IMG/VR virus record: IMGVR_UViG_2657244943_000010 | Length of the DNA stretch: 34,596 nucleotides | Direction: 5' to 3' (one strand) | From: a virus | Taxonomy: Duplodnaviria; Heunggongvirae; Uroviricota; Caudoviricetes | The notes under the pieces: generated by a model | What the model was told of the DNA's origin: nothing | Database searches by the model: none | What the model saw: only the letters and a program-made list of their open reading frames with translations | Translations under genes and position numbers: made by a program | In this document: positions 1-8,529 of the stretch, piece by piece | Layout: the number at the start of each line of letters is the position of its first letter | Position numbering within the stretch: position 1 is the first letter of the stretch

Positions 1-1023
1 TTATGTGGATGAAATGTGGATGCCTCCTTTTAACGGATTAAGTGAAATTGCATCCTGGAGGAAATCAGGAGCGAGGTGCGCATAGGTCATAGTTTGCTGG
101 ATCGTGGCGTGCCCCATAATTCGCTGGAGCGTAAGTATATTTCCTCCATTAATCATAAAGTGAGCAGCAAAGGTATGGCGTAGAACATGTACAGCCTGTC
201 CTTTTGGTAGGTCTGGCTTAACACTGCGAAGCACCTTGCGATATTCCTCATAATTGACGTCAAACAAAAGGCCGGATTTCTTTGTTTTGATCTCACTAAC
301 AACTTCATCAGAGACAGGAATAATTCGAACTTTTCCGTTTTTAGTTTTGTTAAACGTCACGCGATTATTGATGATGTGTTCCGCGCGCAGATTTTTCGCT
401 TCTCCCCATCTCGCCCCAGTACTGAGACAAAGTAGCGTAATCCGCCGGGCATCACCGCTTACTGCATCCAGTAATTTGGCGATTTCTTCCGTGGTGAGAT
501 ACGTCATTTCGGGTGATTTTCGTTTCAAAGAGGGGAGGGCGCGGAGCGGATTTTCTCCGTGAAATTCCCCGGCATTTGCCAGGAGTGTAAACATTCCTCC
601 GAGATCCGACTCATCACGCCGAACAGTAGACTCTTTTACTCCCAAGGATAAACGGGAGCTTCGATAAGCGGCCATGAAACGAGCATTAATCTGGCTAACC
701 CTTGGATCATTCATTTCTTTGATGATTTTTTTCAACCTGGTTAGAACGCCGTTAGCATATGGCTTATTGCGTCCACCCAATTCCCACCATAACGGAAGCA
801 GATCTGAGAGATGACGTTGCTCTGTTGGCTTTTCAAGCCATTCCTTATCGTGCATGTGGCTGAGAACATAACGCTCAAAGGCCACTGCATCTGCCTTTTT
901 CTTAAAAATCCGCTGAATCCGACGTCCACTTCGGCCACGCGGTCTAACATCCACTTTATACCGTCCACCATCGAGCGCTTTAATTGCCATTGGCAAGCCC
1001 TCCGGTGAAACGAGGAAAGACAT
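1..1023 (-). CDS. int: Tyrosine recombinase / phage integrase, P2 Int family
   Basis: 340-aa ORF, ATG at 1021-1023, stop at 1-3; C-terminal catalytic region (VHVLRHTFAAH ... MGHATIQQTMTYAHL) typical of tyrosine integrases; lies beside a C-type repressor as in P2. Confidence 0.9.
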   Translation of the reverse strand: MSFLVSPEGLPMAIKALDGGRYKVDVRPRGRSGRRIQRIFKKKADAVAFERYVLSHMHDKEWLEKPTEQRHLSDLLPLWWELGGRNKPYANGVLTRLKKIIKEMNDPRVSQINARFMAAYRSSRLSLGVKESTVRRDESDLGGMFTLLANAGEFHGENPLRALPSLKRKSPEMTYLTTEEIAKLLDAVSGDARRITLLCLSTGARWGEAKNLRAEHIINNRVTFNKTKNGKVRIIPVSDEVVSEIKTKKSGLLFDVNYEEYRKVLRSVKPDLPKGQAVHVLRHTFAAHFMINGGNILTLQRIMGHATIQQTMTYAHLAPDFLQDAISLNPLKGGIHISST

Positions 1024-1056
1024 TTCCAGTTTGTAAAACGTAAGAATAATAAAGGG

Positions 1057-1359
1057 TTAGCCAATTTTCCTTTCGGATGGGGGTAAGTCCGTTGGCTCTT
1101 GCCCATAGTGTGCGAGAGCCGGAGCTATCTGCCCGGATTCAGGCGCAATTTTCCCAGTCATAAACCACAACGCATATTTCTCAAATCTGGGGTTGTTTAG
1201 TATTTGCTCAATTACTTCAGCATTAGGGATAGTTTTACCGCTTTCATATCTCCACAGAGCATCACGGTTTAAACCAAGCATTTTTGCTGTATCCGGGAGG
1301 CTAGTAAGTCTCTCGCTTTCACGCATGATTTTTATGCGCTCTCCAATAGTCATACGCAT
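1057..1359 (-). CDS. C: Immunity repressor, P2 C type
   Basis: About 100 aa from the first ATG (GGAG 9 nt upstream; the longer track ORF starts at a TTG); segment KYALWFMTGKIAPESGQIAPALAHYGQ closely matches the P2 C repressor as I recall it; divergent from cox. Confidence 0.85.
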   Translation of the reverse strand: MRMTIGERIKIMRESERLTSLPDTAKMLGLNRDALWRYESGKTIPNAEVIEQILNNPRFEKYALWFMTGKIAPESGQIAPALAHYGQEPTDLPPSERKIG

Positions 1360-1454
1360 GTTGCAATTCTCCAACGCCTGTATTAATGTTTATACAAATG
1401 AGTTTAATTTGGGGCATCCGTCGCAAGAAATACCCCAAACAGGGAGATTATCAC
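1360..1454. promoter_or_regulatory. Divergent lysis/lysogeny switch region between repressor and cox (expected Pc/Pe promoters and operators)
   Basis: AT-rich 95-bp spacer between divergently transcribed repressor and cox-like genes; individual promoter hexamers not resolved. Confidence 0.5.
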
Positions 1455-1781
1455 ATGAATGAAGAACTATTGAGGGCATTGTTTAAGATCCCAGACCCCA
1501 TCACCGTCGATGAGTTTTCCCGCCGCACAGGTAAGACCGAATCAGCCGTAAGAAAGTTGGTAGAGCGTCGACTCATCCCTCTAACTACTGAGCGCGAGGT
1601 TTTAGGCGAGGAAGGGAGTTCGCGCCGTCTTCTCATCCTTTGGAATGAGTGGCTCGAAATGGTCTATGACGCAACGAAACAGCTTCCTCCTGAGCGTAAA
1701 GATTGGCGCAATCACTGGCTTAAGAAAGCCAAGAAGCTGGCGGAAGATTTGGGATTAGGCTTTCTTAATTTTGCTGCATGA
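1455..1781 (+). CDS. cox: Cox-like excisionase / early transcriptional regulator
   Basis: 108 aa from ATG 1455 (AGGGAG upstream); DEFSRRTGKTESAVRKLVERRLIPL parallels the P2 Cox helix-turn-helix segment; first gene of the rightward early operon. Confidence 0.75.
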   Translation: MNEELLRALFKIPDPITVDEFSRRTGKTESAVRKLVERRLIPLTTEREVLGEEGSSRRLLILWNEWLEMVYDATKQLPPERKDWRNHWLKKAKKLAEDLGLGFLNFAA

Positions 1782-1799
1782 GATGCAGGGAGTTTTGAT

Positions 1800-2141
1800 A
1801 TGAAACAGCAACGTAATTCACGCTTTCGTAATGGTGCTGAACGCCACGCTAACCGTTTCGCTACCAGTGCATCACGCAGCAACATCCGCTACAGCCTGAG
1901 TGATACACACGCAACGCCGGATGGCTACCCAGTAAAACAAATCGGCGAGCATGCCTGGCTGATTGAGAAAGCTGGAATCGTGGTCCACAAATGCCCACGC
2001 AATCCGTTTACCGGAAACCGCATTTTTGCATTGAGCTGCGGCGACAATCAATTCGGGCAGGATTTCACATTATACGAAGCACTTCGCACGGTTGATCGTC
2101 TGCTGCGTGGGCAAAGTTTTATTAAACAGGCTGATTTATAA
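1800..2141 (+). CDS. Hypothetical early-operon protein (113 aa)
   Basis: ORF with GGGAG RBS, tightly packed after cox; no family confidently recognised. Confidence 0.6.
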   Translation: MKQQRNSRFRNGAERHANRFATSASRSNIRYSLSDTHATPDGYPVKQIGEHAWLIEKAGIVVHKCPRNPFTGNRIFALSCGDNQFGQDFTLYEALRTVDRLLRGQSFIKQADL

Positions 2142-2151
2142 CAGGTGCTTT

Positions 2152-2430
2152 ATGACCAAAGAGCATGCACAAGGTGTATTTATCCGTTTTATTGATTTTC
2201 GCGGTGAACTGTTATTACGCGCATCAGCCATTGACGGAGTTGTTCCATCCGAAAAAAACGCAGCTACTTACGTTTATCTGAACGGTACGCGCCTGACTGT
2301 GGAGCTTCCGTACCAGACCGTGCGAGAAATCATTAGCGAAGCTGAAAAGGCACGTCAGGTTAATGGCGATGAACCATATATCGAAATTATTTGTATGGAT
2401 TCAGAAGCTGAAATTCAGAAAGCAGATTAA
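2152..2430 (+). CDS. Hypothetical early-operon protein (92 aa)
   Basis: Internal ATG of track ORF 2092..2430 chosen to avoid overlap with the upstream gene; weak RBS. Confidence 0.5.
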   Translation: MTKEHAQGVFIRFIDFRGELLLRASAIDGVVPSEKNAATYVYLNGTRLTVELPYQTVREIISEAEKARQVNGDEPYIEIICMDSEAEIQKAD

Positions 2431-2441
2431 AGGGCGTTGCG

Positions 2442-2684
2442 ATGGGCAAAGAATATAAAACTCTCATTAACAAAGCACTTGAACGATTTTATTTTCGCTT
2501 AAGTGCATCAGGCGATCATGCTGAACGTGCAGCCCGTGACTCATTGACCAGGGCAATCCGGAGTTTGTATGACGTCGCTTTTTACGCTGATGATCTGGAT
2601 GCACTTAACGAACTTTCCGAGCTGATCTGTGCCGCAGAATGCGGGGAACATATTGAACCGTATAAGCTGGGGAATATTGCATGA
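2442..2684 (+). CDS. Hypothetical early-operon protein (80 aa)
   Basis: ORF with AAAGGG RBS; helical, charged composition. Confidence 0.6.
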   Translation: MGKEYKTLINKALERFYFRLSASGDHAERAARDSLTRAIRSLYDVAFYADDLDALNELSELICAAECGEHIEPYKLGNIA

Positions 2685-2794
2685 GTATATTTATCTCATG
2701 GCTTGTTCTGATTATTTCGGTGGCCTGCGCCATTGGGATTATGCGAATTATTCATTCAGTAAAAAAGATTGAACGCTTTTTCACTGGCGAATAA
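2681..2794 (+). CDS. Small hydrophobic peptide (37 aa), translationally coupled
   Basis: ATG 2681 overlaps the TGA of the upstream ORF (ATGA); translation MSIFISWLVLIISVACAIGIMRIIHSVKKIERFFTGE has one predicted TM helix; below the ORF-track size cutoff. Confidence 0.35.
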   Translation: MSIFISWLVLIISVACAIGIMRIIHSVKKIERFFTGE

Positions 2795-2880
2795 CAGAGC
2801 AAATAAAACCACAGGTTAAATAAGAAAATGTAAAAACAATCCGCATTCGCGGAGGTATTCGCACACGCCAAGGAGGCGTA

Positions 2881-3084
2881 ATGGCAATTAAGCATTTTCC
2901 TGTCGTTCGTTTTACCTCCAGAGGACGTGAATACGAAGTCGACGAACGCCTGATTACCACAATCGACAAACACCGTTCAGAAAAGGATGCACATCACATC
3001 TATCTCACTGACGGCACTTACTTCTGCGCCACGAATGTGGTGCGGGTGAACCTTATCCGACAGGTACAGGAGTCACGCAGATGA
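2881..3084 (+). CDS. Hypothetical protein (67 aa)
   Basis: ORF with AAGGAGG RBS 6 nt upstream. Confidence 0.6.
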   Translation: MAIKHFPVVRFTSRGREYEVDERLITTIDKHRSEKDAHHIYLTDGTYFCATNVVRVNLIRQVQESRR

Positions 3085-3326
3085 CCATTCTGGACTATAT
3101 CGCCGCCAATCCGGGGTGTAGCGGTGGAGAAATCGCCGCAGCACTGAATACCCCAACCACAGCCATTAATGCGGAGTTACGCCGACTCTGGCGCAGCGGT
3201 TCAGTCATAAGAAAAGAACGCAAAACAGGCGGTCGCTTTTCTTACCAGATAAACCCGATGCCGTTCGGGTGCGGCAATCCACTTACCAACATGTTTAACC
3301 AGCTACTGAAGGAAGCCAGAGCATGA
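3081..3326 (+). CDS. Putative winged-helix DNA-binding protein (81 aa)
   Basis: ATGA overlap with upstream gene; N-terminal DYIAANPGCSGGEIAAALNTPTTAINAELRRLWRSGSV resembles a winged-helix recognition module. Confidence 0.5.
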   Translation: MTILDYIAANPGCSGGEIAAALNTPTTAINAELRRLWRSGSVIRKERKTGGRFSYQINPMPFGCGNPLTNMFNQLLKEARA

Positions 3327-3622
3327 GCGCCATCAACCACCAGGAATTACGCGAACTGGCGATTGACCTGCAACGAATGGCAACGCATCAAAAATTACTG
3401 GCGTTTCGCGCAATGCTCTCGCCGTCTGCCGTGCTGGCACTGCTGGATGAGCTGGAGCACGCCAGAACCATGTCTCCAGCCATTCGCCTGGCGCTCCATC
3501 ATGAAATCGCTGATTTCTGCGCACCACTGGGGTCGCCTGGTGAACCAGAAACGCCGGAAGCAATGCAACGAGAGCTACTGCAACGCATCGACAAGGTTTT
3601 TGATTTCTTCCTTAACCAGTAA
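3323..3622 (+). CDS. Hypothetical protein (99 aa)
   Basis: ATGA overlap with upstream gene; helical acidic protein. Confidence 0.55.
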   Translation: MSAINHQELRELAIDLQRMATHQKLLAFRAMLSPSAVLALLDELEHARTMSPAIRLALHHEIADFCAPLGSPGEPETPEAMQRELLQRIDKVFDFFLNQ

Positions 3623-3633
3623 AGGACCTCGAT

Positions 3634-3837
3634 ATGAACAAAAAGACCTGGTTTCGCGCATACATGTGGGCGCTGGTATGCGTCCTCGTTTCTCTCATTC
3701 TGTATGCAGGACTACTCCCCCGAATGATTTCATCAGACAGCTCCTTCCTGGTATTGCTGGGCATTTTCATTGCCATGCTGTACCCGGCAGGCGTTGTTCG
3801 CCTTTTCAGTAAGTACATCAAGGAAATCAAACAATGA
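3634..3837 (+). CDS. Small two-TM membrane protein (67 aa)
   Basis: Two hydrophobic segments (WALVCVLVSLILYAGLL and FLVLLGIFIAMLYPAGVV); stop overlaps start of the SPFH gene (ATGA). Confidence 0.55.
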   Translation: MNKKTWFRAYMWALVCVLVSLILYAGLLPRMISSDSSFLVLLGIFIAMLYPAGVVRLFSKYIKEIKQ

Positions 3838-4664
3838 AGAAATTCAAACTCTTTCAGATTCTCCCGCTTTTTGCTGCCATTCTGCTGGTTGGTTGCGATC
3901 GCGTTGAGCCAGGTAATGTGGGCATCAAAGTCAACAAACTGGGCGACGACAAAGGCGTCGGTGAAGTGGTTGGCGTTGGACGCTACTGGACAGGCTGGAA
4001 TACAGAGGTTTACATCTTCCCAACCTTCAAACAAATGAAGACCTACGATGAGCCGTTCAGCTTTCAGATGAGTGACGGCACAACCATCGGCTATCACATC
4101 GGTGTGGCCTACAAGGTTGATCCATCCAAAGTTACTACAGTGTTTCAGACCTACCGCAAAGGCGTGGATGACATTACCGACACTGACCTGCGCCAGAAGA
4201 TCGCCGACGCACTCAACCGACTGGCCAGCAAAATGACCACCGATAAATTTATCGACGGTGGCAAGTCTGAACTGCTGGATTCAGCACTTAAAGACATTCA
4301 GGCAGAAATGACACCTATCGGCATTCAGGTAATGAGCCTCTCTTATGTCGGTAAACCGGAATACCCACCAACCGTTATCGACAGCATTAATGCCAAAGTC
4401 ACGGCAAACCAGAAAACTCTGCAACGCGAACAGGAAGTCAAGCAGCGCGAAGCAGAAGCCAACATGCTACGCGCAGAAGCAGCCGGACAGGCTGATGCCA
4501 TTCGCACAAAAGCCCAGGCTGAAGCCGACGCCATTCGTTTGCGCGGAGAAGCTCTGCGCCAGAACCCCGGCGTTATGGAGCTGGAAGCTATCAACAAATG
4601 GAACGGCACGCTGCCGCAATATATGACCAGTAATACCGCTGTTCCGTTTGTTCCGGTGAAGTAA
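3834..4664 (+). CDS. SPFH / band-7 (stomatin-prohibitin-like) domain lipoprotein
   Basis: 276 aa; N-terminal signal with lipobox LLVGC; central region reads like an SPFH fold; C-terminal Ala/Glu/Arg/Gln-rich coiled-coil tail typical of band-7 proteins. Confidence 0.75.
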   Translation: MKKFKLFQILPLFAAILLVGCDRVEPGNVGIKVNKLGDDKGVGEVVGVGRYWTGWNTEVYIFPTFKQMKTYDEPFSFQMSDGTTIGYHIGVAYKVDPSKVTTVFQTYRKGVDDITDTDLRQKIADALNRLASKMTTDKFIDGGKSELLDSALKDIQAEMTPIGIQVMSLSYVGKPEYPPTVIDSINAKVTANQKTLQREQEVKQREAEANMLRAEAAGQADAIRTKAQAEADAIRLRGEALRQNPGVMELEAINKWNGTLPQYMTSNTAVPFVPVK

Positions 4665-4670
4665 TTAAAC

Positions 4671-4714
4671 CCGGCCAGTGGAAACCGCTGGCCGGAGCAG
4701 CATCAGGATTTTTT
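4671..4714 (+). terminator. Stem-loop after the SPFH gene (candidate intrinsic terminator)
   Basis: CCGGCCAG (4671-4678) pairs perfectly with CTGGCCGG (4688-4695); T6 run at 4709-4714 is not immediately adjacent, so termination efficiency is uncertain. Confidence 0.4.
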
Positions 4715-4810
4715 AGTATGCCGTTCTCACAAAAAACCGCTTGCCATGCCGCAATCAGTCAGGTTACATTTCCGCTGCACCATCATAAAATGGGTGCCGG
4801 GATTTCCACC

Positions 4811-4852
4811 CCGCTGACTATACACGCGCACAACCGCGCCAGCGGTTTTTTT
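4811..4852 (+). terminator. GC-rich bulged hairpin followed directly by T7
   Basis: CCGCTG (4811-4816) pairs with CAGCGG (4840-4845), inner GCGC/GCGC stem, then TTTTTTT 4846-4852; the 9-nt bulge is one copy of the ACTATACAC repeat. Confidence 0.4.
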
Positions 4853-5021
4853 GTGCGTACCGTATCGCCACGTCTTTTTCGCGTCAGAATTATGGTGGGG
4901 CGTATGGGGCCGACTTCGGTCGGGCCGGGTTCGTGTATAGCCGGTTGTGGAAACCCTGTACGTCTCACCACCCCGAGTTTTCCACCTCTGGATGGTGAGT
5001 TTTCAAAACTTACTATACACG
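4818..5021. repeat. Three copies of 9-mer CTATACACG (two direct, one inverted) in a non-coding region
   Basis: CTATACACG at 4818-4826 and 5013-5021 (direct); CGTGTATAG at 4932-4940 (inverse); flanks also similar between the direct copies. Confidence 0.7.
4998..5010. promoter_or_regulatory. Perfect 13-bp palindrome AGTTTTCAAAACT upstream of the next gene (candidate operator)
   Basis: 6+1+6 palindrome centred at 5004, about 28 bp upstream of ATG 5032 and abutting a CTATACACG repeat. Confidence 0.4.
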
Positions 5022-5031
5022 AGGCCACACC

Positions 5032-5262
5032 ATGGCAAACCGCAAACAGCACCGCGCTATCGCGGAGCGTCGTCACATCCAGACTGAAATCAACCGCAGA
5101 CTTTCCCGCGCATTCCGCGTCGCTAAAATCATGCACATCAATATGCTGCATGAGCGTAGCTGCGAACTTTCAAACCTCTATTCATCCGCTGTTTTCAGCT
5201 ATCTGGCGGATGATCTGCGCGAGCTTCAGCAGCTCATCCAGCAGCAAAACAAACTCCATTAA
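5032..5262 (+). CDS. Hypothetical protein (76 aa)
   Basis: Charged helical ORF immediately downstream of the repeat/palindrome region. Confidence 0.55.
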   Translation: MANRKQHRAIAERRHIQTEINRRLSRAFRVAKIMHINMLHERSCELSNLYSSAVFSYLADDLRELQQLIQQQNKLH

Positions 5263-5334
5263 TTCCTGTTCCGGGCCTTTCCTGCACCTTGCGGCGGGAG
5301 GCCTTCGCACATCTGTAACAAGAGGATTGCCGCA

Positions 5335-5700
5335 ATGATTCTCGCCAATGACTTTCTTGAATACCTGCTCAACACAGAGCGTGATCTTGCCGCTCGCGTG
5401 CGTGATCGTTATGACATGTACCTGAAATCCCTGCCTGTACCGCAGCTCGCTGACGGAAAGATTGTTATTGATGGTCGCTACATGATTGACAGCCACGAGG
5501 GAAATTACAGGCTTTACCGCATTGAAGGTGGCACCCCGTCCGTTATTGGCATTTACCAGCGCCCATCCTCTGCAATCGTCGATGTGATTGCCGACAGCAT
5601 CCGCATCACACATCGCCATGCCGACACAGAAGACACCGTGCTGGAAATTCAGCGGCTGGCTACAGTCTGCCGCGACACCATGAATGGCATGACGAAGTAA
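5335..5700 (+). CDS. Hypothetical protein (121 aa)
   Basis: ORF with AGAGGA RBS; directly precedes gene A. Confidence 0.6.
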   Translation: MILANDFLEYLLNTERDLAARVRDRYDMYLKSLPVPQLADGKIVIDGRYMIDSHEGNYRLYRIEGGTPSVIGIYQRPSSAIVDVIADSIRITHRHADTEDTVLEIQRLATVCRDTMNGMTK

Positions 5701-5706
5701 ATCACT

Positions 5707-8529
5707 ATGACGGCAGAGTACATCAGGGACTGGCAACAACCGCGCCACGCAGTGGGGCGTGAAGGAACGGGGATCCCCGCTCCTGAATCCGCGCTTTCCT
5801 CCTGGCTGGATGCCTACCGGGTAGAGAACGAACGCCGCCAGGAAATGGCTGATGCGGCGTTCTCCGCCACGCCGCTGGGCAACCTGATTAATAAAAGCCT
5901 GGACGCACAGGAAAAACAGGACAAAACCATCACACTGGCAGGAGACGCCAGAAAACAGGCACGCGGCGCGGTGGATGAAGCCATGGCCTCGCTGCGCCTG
6001 CTGCCGTCCTATCTGCGCGATCCGCTTATTCGCCACCTCTCCTTCCTGCGCAAAAAACAGGAAGCCGATCGCCGGAAAGGCAAAAAGAGCTGGCAGGCGG
6101 AACGCTATGCACGCGGAACCCTGCGCAAAATATTCGAACGTCTGGATCGCACTGACGGACACTGGCTGACACCGGGTTATCGCTCCCTTGCCGGACGCGA
6201 ACGCCTGGACGATTTGCTTTACCTGCCGCAGCTCAACAAACACCAGATACAGACGCTGGCCACCATGACGGCGGCGATGTTCAGCAGCACCTTCGAAAAA
6301 CTCTGCGATGGCTTTGGCGCGACTGATGGCGAACTGACCATGGATGTAACGCTGAAGGCGTATCAGATGCTGGCCCGCATGGCGTTACACCTGCACGCCA
6401 TGCCTCCACATTATGACGCACTGACAACAGACAAAGACCGGAGGAACGAACCGGACACGGAGCTGCTGCCGGGCGCAATCCTCCGCCTGACCTGTGCGGA
6501 ATGGTGGAAACGCAAACTGTGGCTGTTACGTTGCGAGTGGAGAGAAGAACAACTCCGCGCCGCCTGTCTGGTTTCCAGAAAAACATCGCCCTATCTGAGC
6601 CAGGACGCGTTAAGCGAGTTTCGCGCACAGCGCGAGAAAACACGCGATTTTCTGAAAAGTTTCATGCTGGAAAACGAAGACGGGTTCACGATTGATCTCG
6701 AGACAGTGTATTACGCGGGAGTAAGTAACCCGGTTCACCGTAAGGCAGAAATGATGGCCACCATGAAGGGGCTGGAACTTCTGGCCGAAGCCCGTGGCGA
6801 CAGAGCGGTGTTTCTGACTGTCACCTGCCCGTCAAAATACCACGCAACAACGGAGAACGGTCATCCGAATCCCAGATGGAACGGGGCCACCATGCGCGAC
6901 TCCAGCGATTACCTGGTTAACACGTTTTTTGCGGCGGTCCGCAAGAAACTGAACCGCGACGGCCTGCGCTGGTATGGCATCCGCACGGTGGAGCCTCACC
7001 ATGACGGCACCGTGCACTGGCATATGATGGTCTTTGCTCATCCGGAAGAAATCGACACTATTGTGTCCCACACCCGCGATATTGCCATTCAGGAAGATCG
7101 TCACGAGCTGGGTGATGATATTACCCCACGCTTTAAGGCGGAGTACGTCGACGGCTCAAAAGGCACACCGACCAGCTACATCGCCACCTACATCGGGAAA
7201 AACCTGGACAGCCGTGCCGTGGATGGCATCGACCCGAAAACGGGCAAGCCACGCGTTGACCACGAAACCGGAAAATCAATGGCCGAGAGCGTGGAACGCG
7301 CCATCGGCTGGGCGCGCCTTCACCGGGTCCGCCAGTTCCAGTTCTTTGGCATCCCCTCCCGCCAGGTATGGCGTGAACTGCGCCGCCTTGCCAGCCAGAT
7401 GGCACGCAACCCGGAAGGCCCGCAACGGCTGAAGGATGACGCAATGGATGCGGTTCTTGCCGCCGCTGATGCCGGATGTTTTGCCACCTACATAGAGAAA
7501 CAGGGCGGCGTACTTGTTCCACGCAAAGACTACCTGATTCGCACCGCCTACGACCTCGCCGATGAGCTGAACGATTACGGCGAACAGAGCGTACAGATTT
7601 ACGGGATCTGGTCACCACTCATCGGGGAATCCTCCCGTGTGTGCACGCATCCGGATAACTGGAAGCTGGTAAGACGCAAACCGGAAGCGGAAGACAGCGC
7701 CCGCGAAAATGGTTTTGACCTTCAGGGCGGCCCTGCCGCCCCTTGGACTCGTGGCAATAACTGTCCCCGTGTACAGGAAACGGACAACAACGGGACAGAA
7801 CAGCCGGAAGAACGGCCAGCACCGTGGCCGCAGCTTCCTGACGGCGTTGATGTGGATGAATGGATGCGCTCACTGAAACGGCACGAACGCCGGGCGCTGA
7901 TGCGTTCGCTGCGTGACAAACAGGCAAAAAACAGCAGTGATGAAATGCAGAGCTGGACACAGAGCCGCAAACAGCAGCGGCCTTTGCCTGATAACCACGA
8001 ATTACTCGCTAAAGAATGGCGGGAGTCTGCCGAATCTCTCGGCCTGCATATCGGTGAACAGCAGATGCAGCACCTGTTACGGGGCGGCAGCCTGTACGTT
8101 GACGGCAGCATCATTGCACCGCAGGGATTTGAAATTGTACGCAAACCGGATACCCGCCCGGACAGCCGAATCACGCAGCTCTGGCAGCGCCTGAGCCGTA
8201 ATCACGGCGTAAGCAGCACGGAGATCCGCCATAACCCGGTCGCCGGCTATCTGGAGCAGCTGGGGGCATCAGACCCCGAAGCCGCCGCACGCCTGGCATC
8301 CACACTTCAGCAGGACCAGAACACCATGAAAACCCCCGTTACCGTGCTTTCTGACATGCTGCGCGCCATCCGTGACGCAGAGCACGCACAGAGAATCAGT
8401 GAAACCACTGAACGCGCCCACCACAAAGCAGACCTGCTGCGGGGTAGCCTGACCAGTGGAAACAAAAAACAGACAGAAACGGGATTCACAAATCCCATAA
8501 ATGAGCAAAAAACGCACCATAAAACATGA
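5707..8529 (+). CDS. A: Rolling-circle replication initiation endonuclease, P2 gpA family
   Basis: 940 aa; HUH-type motif HDGTVHWHMMVF and tyrosine pair SYIATYIGKNLD as in P2 A; long low-complexity C-terminal extension. Confidence 0.85.
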   Translation: MTAEYIRDWQQPRHAVGREGTGIPAPESALSSWLDAYRVENERRQEMADAAFSATPLGNLINKSLDAQEKQDKTITLAGDARKQARGAVDEAMASLRLLPSYLRDPLIRHLSFLRKKQEADRRKGKKSWQAERYARGTLRKIFERLDRTDGHWLTPGYRSLAGRERLDDLLYLPQLNKHQIQTLATMTAAMFSSTFEKLCDGFGATDGELTMDVTLKAYQMLARMALHLHAMPPHYDALTTDKDRRNEPDTELLPGAILRLTCAEWWKRKLWLLRCEWREEQLRAACLVSRKTSPYLSQDALSEFRAQREKTRDFLKSFMLENEDGFTIDLETVYYAGVSNPVHRKAEMMATMKGLELLAEARGDRAVFLTVTCPSKYHATTENGHPNPRWNGATMRDSSDYLVNTFFAAVRKKLNRDGLRWYGIRTVEPHHDGTVHWHMMVFAHPEEIDTIVSHTRDIAIQEDRHELGDDITPRFKAEYVDGSKGTPTSYIATYIGKNLDSRAVDGIDPKTGKPRVDHETGKSMAESVERAIGWARLHRVRQFQFFGIPSRQVWRELRRLASQMARNPEGPQRLKDDAMDAVLAAADAGCFATYIEKQGGVLVPRKDYLIRTAYDLADELNDYGEQSVQIYGIWSPLIGESSRVCTHPDNWKLVRRKPEAEDSARENGFDLQGGPAAPWTRGNNCPRVQETDNNGTEQPEERPAPWPQLPDGVDVDEWMRSLKRHERRALMRSLRDKQAKNSSDEMQSWTQSRKQQRPLPDNHELLAKEWRESAESLGLHIGEQQMQHLLRGGSLYVDGSIIAPQGFEIVRKPDTRPDSRITQLWQRLSRNHGVSSTEIRHNPVAGYLEQLGASDPEAAARLASTLQQDQNTMKTPVTVLSDMLRAIRDAEHAQRISETTERAHHKADLLRGSLTSGNKKQTETGFTNPINEQKTHHKT

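Noticed and set aside
1386-1454. Upstream extension of the cox-like ORF (track start 1386)
   Set aside because: The internal ATG at 1455 has a good RBS (AGGGAG) and gives a Cox-sized protein; the extension would run into the switch region.
4715-5031. Retron msr/msd or tRNA in the structured intergenic region
   Set aside because: No reverse transcriptase gene nearby, no cloverleaf with anticodon arm, and no long flanking a1/a2 inverted repeats; kept only as a generic structured element.
4718-5338. 206-aa plus-strand ORF spanning the non-coding repeat region
   Set aside because: Ser/Thr/Cys-rich junk-like translation; overlaps the better-formed 76-aa ORF (5032..5262) in another frame; region better explained as regulatory or structured RNA.
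5182-6243. 353-aa minus-strand ORF
   Set aside because: Lies entirely antisense to the well-supported replication gene A; Arg/Ala/Gly-rich composition typical of the antisense frame of a GC-rich gene; no RBS context.
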